Shown piece after piece: positions 41,951-47,091 of a stretch of 47,091 nt of DNA (the first letter of the stretch is position 1; each line of letters starts with the position of its first letter). The notes below the pieces were generated by a model. That model saw nothing but the letters and a program-made list of their open reading frames with translations. It was not told the DNA's origin and ran no database searches. The translations under genes were made by a program, and so were the position numbers. Source of the DNA: an uncultured virus (IMG/VR IMGVR_UViG_2124908030_000002) (taxonomy: Duplodnaviria; Heunggongvirae; Uroviricota; Caudoviricetes; Thumleimavirales; Hafunaviridae); the IMG/VR virus record IMGVR_UViG_2124908030_000002, one strand, 5' to 3'.

Positions 41951-43092
41951 CAGTCTGCTCGCTGGTTGGCCTCGTTAGCCGCACCAGACCAGTCGATGTT
42001 GTCCGGGTCATCAACCTCGTCTTCTGCGAAGGCTCGCATCTCGTCGGCGCTCGTCTGACCGTTGCGAGCCATGTAGTCGATAAGGTCGTTCAGCTTCTCG
42101 GGAACGTCAGCGGGCAGACCGTTGCCGATGGCGTCGTCGTCAGACGGCGTAGACGGCTCGTCAGTCGTCTCCGGGGACGCCGTGTCCGTCGTGTCGGACG
42201 TGGTGTCAGCCGTCGTGCCACCGTCAGTAGCGGCTGCCTCTTCGTCGCTGCTCTCGGTGTCAGCACTAGCACCCTCGTCAACTCCGTTGTCAATCTCAAC
42301 GAAGTTCCCGGTCTTCACGTCCATCACGTTCGGACTGGTGTAGGTGGTCGTGCTGCCATCGTCCCACTCGGTCGTCTCTTCCGTGACCCACAGCTCCACC
42401 GAACGACCCTGAATGTCGTCGCGGAGCGTCGGCTCGTCGCTGTCGAGCCACTGGTGCGGGTCGTACTTCGGGTTGTCAGCGTCGTCGCCGTAGGTGCCAT
42501 CATCAGCGACGATGGCGTCACCGGCCTCGGTGAGCTTCTTGGCGAAGGTCCGGACCCACGGCTTGTTCCCGAGCAGCATCGACGCCTCACCGACCTCGAT
42601 AGCCGGCTCGTCGGTCGTGCTAACACCAACGTCCGTGTTGATGGAAATGTCACCGGCCTCTTCGATGACCACTCCGACCGGGGTGTAGAAGTAGTCCGTC
42701 CCGCCGAAGTTCTCGGAGAAGCCAGCGACCCGAGGGTGGCTGAGAATGTCGTCGGCCGACATCTCTCCGGAGTACCCGTCGCTGTCGTGGTTCTCGTACA
42801 CCAGCCCGTCAGCCGGGTTGAGGTTGAAGAACTTGCCGGCCGAGAAGACCTTCCACGTATCGGGCTTGTCTTCCCGCTGGAAGACGATGCCGTCCACAAT
42901 CTCTGCGTCTTCGTAGTTCACGATGAACGACGTACCGTACTGGTCGTGACTACTCATGTTCGCTCGGTCAGGAGTCAGCCGGACTGCCGCGTAGTCCTGA
43001 AGCTTGAGCGTCGTCTGGTCGTCGTAGTTGCTGTCGTCGCTGCTACTGTTACCGTTCGAGCTACCGCCGTTGTTGGAGTTGTATCGGCTCAT
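41950..43092 (-). CDS. acidic protein, possibly ssDNA-binding/replication accessory
   Basis: 380 aa, strong codon bias, beta-rich N-term with acidic linker; first gene before helicase/primase. Confidence 0.45.
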   Translation of the reverse strand: MSRYNSNNGGSSNGNSSSDDSNYDDQTTLKLQDYAAVRLTPDRANMSSHDQYGTSFIVNYEDAEIVDGIVFQREDKPDTWKVFSAGKFFNLNPADGLVYENHDSDGYSGEMSADDILSHPRVAGFSENFGGTDYFYTPVGVVIEEAGDISINTDVGVSTTDEPAIEVGEASMLLGNKPWVRTFAKKLTEAGDAIVADDGTYGDDADNPKYDPHQWLDSDEPTLRDDIQGRSVELWVTEETTEWDDGSTTTYTSPNVMDVKTGNFVEIDNGVDEGASADTESSDEEAAATDGGTTADTTSDTTDTASPETTDEPSTPSDDDAIGNGLPADVPEKLNDLIDYMARNGQTSADEMRAFAEDEVDDPDNIDWSGAANEANQRAD

Positions 43093-43217
43093 GGGTTCGT
43101 TGTGTCAGGTTGTCGGGTCGTCACTTCGAGCGTCAACCTGCTACACTCAAAGAGTAGAGGCGGGGATACTTAACTCCTTTGAAAGAGTCCAAGCATCCCG
43201 CTTTGAGTCCTACCTCT

Positions 43218-43262
43218 AGGGGAACCGGGGGAATCGAACGCCCCGTTCGGACCACCGTTCCC
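43218..43262 (-). ncRNA. mini tRNA-like element (acceptor + T arm, no anticodon arm)
   Basis: GGGAAC-GG TGGT CCGAAC-GGGGCG TTCGATT CCCCC-GGTTCCC-C. Confidence 0.45.
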
Positions 43263-43541
43263 AAAAATCGACCGGACTAGGTTAGTTTACGCAGACGCCC
43301 GCCTGCCCATGCGCGGGGGCTGAGTGAGAACTTTCAAACTGTTTCATACTATATGCTCTCATCCAAACCACCCGAAATTGGGTCTGCCGCCGGAGCAACC
43401 CCGCCAGCAACCAACATGATGATTACCAGCAGGACTCCTATCGCCTGTCTGTTCAAGCTAGAACTTGTCTAACAGGCAACGGAAGCGGGCAAGCAATAGG
43501 GAAGTGGGCTGCCGGAAACGACCCCCGGCCACCGTAGCAAG

Positions 43542-43661
43542 TCATGATAGCAGCCCCCGTCTGACACCGAGAAGGTCGGGCGGAGACGAGAAAGACACCT
43601 CGTTATCGTGGCAAGAACAACCGCAGAAGTCGCCGCACGGCTCGCAGTCACATTCATTCAT
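43542..43661 (-). CDS. Cys-rich micro-protein (39 aa, not in ORF track)
   Basis: MNECDCEPCGDFCGCSCHDNEVSF..; ATG overlaps stop of upstream ORF. Confidence 0.5.
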   Translation of the reverse strand: MNECDCEPCGDFCGCSCHDNEVSFSSPPDLLGVRRGLLS

Positions 43662-43848
43662 TAGTTCCATCATCCTCCGTGTTGATGCTGATAGTTACTT
43701 CTTCCACGTTGACAGTCATGCTGCCGCCGTTTGTTCCTTCGTCCTGTTCAGCCTGCTCTTCCTGCCTCACGTCCTTTGACGGGTGGGAAGGCTCGGGACC
43801 GGACCCTGCCCTAAGAAACCAGTCCAAGAACCTGTTGTAATATCCCAT
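43654..43848 (-). CDS. hypothetical protein
   Basis: 64 aa ORF downstream of the tRNA-like gene. Confidence 0.45.
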   Translation of the reverse strand: MGYYNRFLDWFLRAGSGPEPSHPSKDVRQEEQAEQDEGTNGGSMTVNVEEVTISINTEDDGTNE

Positions 43849-43915
43849 GTTAATCCTAAATGAGCTTGCGTCGTTCTGGTGAGTATCCCGGCCTCAACGC
43901 AGGCTGGCCGGCAGA

Positions 43916-43997
43916 AGGGGACGGTGGGATTTGAACCCACATTTCAACCACGGGTATGACCCTTCAGGAAGCGCACTCCCAATTGTGCTACGTCCCC
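43916..43997 (-). tRNA. tRNA-like gene with aberrant anticodon arm (isotype undetermined)
   Basis: Acceptor GGGGACG/CGTCCCC, D stem GCAC/GTGC and T arm GTGGG-TTCAAAT-CCCAC all pair perfectly; anticodon region is irregular. Confidence 0.7.
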
Positions 43998-44122
43998 ACA
44001 GCGCATCTCGTATAGGAACGGAGAGGAAAACTCCCCTCCGGCCCGAAGTGACGAGACACAACCATAAGAGAAGACGACGGGTAGCATCGTCATCCCCTCT
44101 ACTAGTAACAAGACGGCCCAAG

Positions 44123-44134
44123 GACTTAAAGATG
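44123..44134 (-). promoter_or_regulatory. TATA-like promoter CATCTTTAAGTC for the leftward early transcript
   Basis: Matches CAGCTTTAAGTC at 24156 and 45507; lies in AT-rich divergent intergenic region. Confidence 0.45.
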
Positions 44135-44237
44135 CCGGTTTGTACTCTTCCGTATAAAGGGCATTATACACCATGTAAATTAGGAAAGGATAACAAAGAT
44201 TTAACTTACCGGGGTTCCTCTTTGTTAACAGATTGTC

Positions 44238-44810
44238 ATGGTGAGCAACACGAAGAAGCATAAGAACGACGAGAAGACTGTTGTGTGCCCTGTTGAGGGT
44301 TGCGAGAGTGAGTGCCTTTCTCGCGGCCTGTTCCTCCACATCAACAGAAGCTCCGGTGACGGACACGGGGAGAGAGGCGAGGTTCCAGCAGACGTGTCAG
44401 TCGAAGACGCTGAAGAAGTGGGAACAAGAGAGGTAGAGATGGACTACCCGGAGGAAAGGTATTCAGAAACCGTGAGCCGTCTGTGTCCCTACTGCGAAAG
44501 ACCGTTTAGAGGGAAGCACGGTGTCATGATTCACCTCGGGCAGACCGCCGGTCGGAAAGACCACCCCGAGGACGCCCCCGAGAGATGGGACTTGGACGAC
44601 TTCGCTATCGTTCACGTTGACGAAAACGAGAACGTCGTTGAAGTCGTTGAAGAAGCCACCCAGATGCCGTCCACCGAACGCCGGCAGGAAGGCCAAGACG
44701 ACTCGGAAGCAGGCAACCTAGACGAGAGCAACGTTCGAGAATATATTCAAGGTCTGTACGAACAGGGACTTGATGAAGAGGCTAATAAAGCGGAGGAAAT
44801 GCTACTCTAG
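44238..44810 (+). CDS. double C2H2-type Zn-finger protein
   Basis: CPVEGC...LHI...GH and CPYCER.F.G..GV.IHL...H. Confidence 0.75.
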   Translation: MVSNTKKHKNDEKTVVCPVEGCESECLSRGLFLHINRSSGDGHGERGEVPADVSVEDAEEVGTREVEMDYPEERYSETVSRLCPYCERPFRGKHGVMIHLGQTAGRKDHPEDAPERWDLDDFAIVHVDENENVVEVVEEATQMPSTERRQEGQDDSEAGNLDESNVREYIQGLYEQGLDEEANKAEEMLL

Positions 44811-45320
44811 GATGGGATTCTCGTCAAAGTATTGCTGGGTATATTTCGACCCCCTCAATTCCGGCTGTCCCTCCCGCAGTTTTTCGCTGATTCCAACTAA
44901 CTCGTAGAACCCGTCTTCGGTGAGGTGTTCCTCCTGCTCGAAGGCAGGGATGACTACCTCTAGCATGAGCCGAGCGTGGAAGTACCGGCTCACGAAGTGG
45001 TCCATCAACGGATAGAGGAACGGAGCGATGCTCTGCTTGTCTGTTACCTCAAACAGCTGGCCGCTTGATGTCTCTGACACCCCGTACCTGACGGCGTTCT
45101 GGTCACAATACTCCATCAGCTTGCCAAGCATCGGGTCGTCATCTGCGGTGGACAGTCTGATTTTCGGACGCAGCGAGAACCCGAAAGCGTAGCCGCCGCT
45201 CTTTTCAATATCGATGAGTATTGTTCCGGTTCCGTCGATGAACCCGGCGATTTGTGCTTTCTCTGTTTCTTCCATGCTGTTCCGTTTGACGTACTGCTGT
45301 GTTACTTTTGGGTTTTCCAT
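44802..45320 (-). CDS. free-standing single-motif LAGLIDADG protein, probably catalytically inactive
   Basis: AQIAGFIDGTGTILI motif, GFSLRPKIRL strand, HLTEDGF..L end. Confidence 0.8.
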   Translation of the reverse strand: MENPKVTQQYVKRNSMEETEKAQIAGFIDGTGTILIDIEKSGGYAFGFSLRPKIRLSTADDDPMLGKLMEYCDQNAVRYGVSETSSGQLFEVTDKQSIAPFLYPLMDHFVSRYFHARLMLEVVIPAFEQEEHLTEDGFYELVGISEKLREGQPELRGSKYTQQYFDENPILE

Positions 45321-45585
45321 AGTATGTCTTAACTTCGGTGGCTTTAAGTGCTATGCTTGTGTTGTTACTATCAAGTTCGCTCTGTTCAACGGTAGCAGTA
45401 ATCCGATGGGTTACTGTGTGCTGGCTGTGGCGACAGGTCGAGGGTCGCCATGAAGGAACCGGGAGGCTCCCCCTAATGGCCGTATCTATGTAAGACTCTG
45501 AATCGGCAGCTTTAAGTCGCTGGCCTGTCTTGTGTTTAGTGAAGGCAGTTGTTCTAGTTGTAACCCCTACCAGCGGTAGTAGTTG

Positions 45586-45628
45586 TAGCGGTAACGTTGT
45601 ATGGGGTTCGAGGGGGTTCTAGGTTTCA
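45586..45628 (+). repeat. 43-bp direct repeat, copy 2
   Basis: TAGCGGTAACGTTGTATGGGGTTCGAGGGGGTTCTAGGTTTCA. Confidence 0.9.
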
Positions 45629-45706
45629 ACCCCTATAATACAACATATATTATTGTAATGTTGTTAGTATCAATTCTACTAGAATCATCTGTCTGATAGC
45701 CTAATA

Positions 45707-46201
45707 ATGAAAGATAGTCAAGAAAAGATACCGCGAGATGTAGTTACTAGCGATACCGATAACGCGACGAGAGTTGAACCGAAAGATGCCCCGCCACAGA
45801 AACGGCATAAGTACGAGAAGTTCCGGCTCTACAACACCGGGATGTGGAACGGGTCGAAGCGAGAGAACAAACCACAGGTACGAAGACAAGATGACCTACA
45901 CCGCTATGACTCCCTTGCTGCGTCACTCAATCTGACACAGTATCAAAGAAGTCGCGGCAGGAAGGTGCTGGACGACTTAGATTTACACGAAGCAACCGGC
46001 GGGATTAGCATCGACCACATCATCTTCGGCATCTGTGTCGTTGTCGCTAACGACGACGTAGGCGACGGGACTCGGTACTGGCCTCACCCGGAAAGCCCCG
46101 ACAACGACCAGCGGTTCCCCGAAGTTGCTCAGTCTCTCGGCTTGGACCGGAGCGAGCAGATGTCAGCCATTCAGAAGGTCATGAAACGGACTAACCTCTA
46201 A
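45707..46201 (+). CDS. TFIIB-core (cyclin-fold)-like protein
   Basis: DSLAASLNLTQYQRSRG..VL......G.SID.IIFGIC resembles a TFB cyclin repeat. Confidence 0.5.
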   Translation: MKDSQEKIPRDVVTSDTDNATRVEPKDAPPQKRHKYEKFRLYNTGMWNGSKRENKPQVRRQDDLHRYDSLAASLNLTQYQRSRGRKVLDDLDLHEATGGISIDHIIFGICVVVANDDVGDGTRYWPHPESPDNDQRFPEVAQSLGLDRSEQMSAIQKVMKRTNL

Positions 46202-46692
46202 TGGTTCACCTAGATATTATTCGGGACAACCGGGAGCGGAAGCCGTGGGAGTTTGACAACTTCGACGTGACCCTTCACGACGAAACAATCAACACCGGGG
46301 ACTACACCCTAGCTGAACTCTGCGCTCACGACCCCGACAAAGACACCTACTTCCCACGGTTTGCCGTGGAGAGAAAGGCCGGGTCGGACTTCGTTAGCAG
46401 CATCAGCCGGGACAGGGAGCGTTTCCAAGCTGAAGTCAAGCGGGCTTCTGAGTGGGACTCCGAGCTGGTCGTCCTGATTGAAGAACCGCGGAGAATCTTC
46501 AAGCGCCAGAACGGGTTCATGACCCACAACGACATAACGTGGTCACAAATCTCCGGCACAGTTGATGCTTGGGAAAAATACTACAACGTCTCTTTCGAGT
46601 ATGCCGGAAGCAGAGGCCGGGCACAACAGCGAGCCTTCGAGTTGCTTGCTTCCGAACTAAGGAAAGCTCTCGTCAAGGACAAGTGGTCCTAG
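46201..46692 (+). CDS. ERCC4/XPF-family nuclease
   Basis: IIRDNRE, TGDY, AVERK...DF..SI. Confidence 0.88.
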   Translation: MVHLDIIRDNRERKPWEFDNFDVTLHDETINTGDYTLAELCAHDPDKDTYFPRFAVERKAGSDFVSSISRDRERFQAEVKRASEWDSELVVLIEEPRRIFKRQNGFMTHNDITWSQISGTVDAWEKYYNVSFEYAGSRGRAQQRAFELLASELRKALVKDKWS

Positions 46693-46693
46693 A

Positions 46694-47091
46694 TTACTCG
46701 AAGTAGTCCTTACGCTGGTCCATCTTATCCTTCTCTGTACGCTGGTCGTAGTGCTTCTCTAACGCTTCATCGTTCACATTCATCCTGTCGCTGACCGCTT
46801 GCTTCGGTACGTCTTCGTTCAGCCACATGGTGATTGACGACCGCCGAATGGTGTGCGGCGAGAAGGCCGGTGGACACTTCCCTATCTGTGAGACATTACG
46901 GCGAGCCGCGCACTTCTCGGGTTCCTTATCCTCGGGGCAGAAGCCCTGCTTGTAGACACAGGGTCGTGAGATTTTGTATATCCAGTCCCGAAGCGTGTTC
47001 CGGTGCGCCCTCCCGTGGTAAGTGCTGAAGAGTGGTCGACGCCCGTACTCTTCAGTCGCATCTTCCCGTTCTCATCGATGTAGTCCGACAG
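46694..47091 (-). CDS. tyrosine integrase, haloarchaeal SNJ2-like, C-terminal part (not in ORF track)
   Basis: Reverse translation YGRRPLFST..SRPC...CP...C...KCP..FSPHTIRRSSIT..VSDRMNV...LEKHYDQR; HxxR and catalytic Tyr present. Confidence 0.88.

Overview
This window is most of a temperate, contractile-tailed (myovirus-type) virus of halophilic archaea. The evidence is a very acidic proteome, TTTAAG/TTAAGT TATA boxes about 25 nt before leaderless starts, and an SNJ2-type tyrosine integrase. It looks like a metagenomic scaffold: N-gaps, several single-base frameshifts at short runs, and strain variants placed in tandem. 1-24.4 kb (+) is morphogenesis: prohead protease, scaffold, capsid, neck, sheath, tube, chaperone with a +1 frameshift, tape measure, baseplate, FN3 protein and variable fibres/adhesins. 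24.9-44 kb (-) is replication/early: PolB, Cas4-like nuclease, PAS and Zn-ribbon proteins, HTH-metallophosphoesterase, AEP primase, P-loop ATPase, many small ORFs and two tRNA-like elements. 44.2-47.1 kb holds a C2H2 protein, a LAGLIDADG protein, a TFIIB-like protein, an ERCC4 nuclease and the integrase. Terminase and portal are not in the window. The most striking observation is that the HK97-gp10-like neck gene is split, with its N-half fused to a PI3/4-kinase/HipA-like kinase, followed by a small candidate immunity ORF and then the gp10 C-half, like a virion-borne toxin/effector cassette. Also notable are tandem DUF3140-like domains on the protease, a 43/44-bp direct repeat bracketing the whole early block, an apparently nuclease-dead LAGLIDADG, a stand-alone Cys-rich PAS domain, and atypical tRNA-like RNAs. 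All family assignments come from motif recognition by eye; no searches were run.
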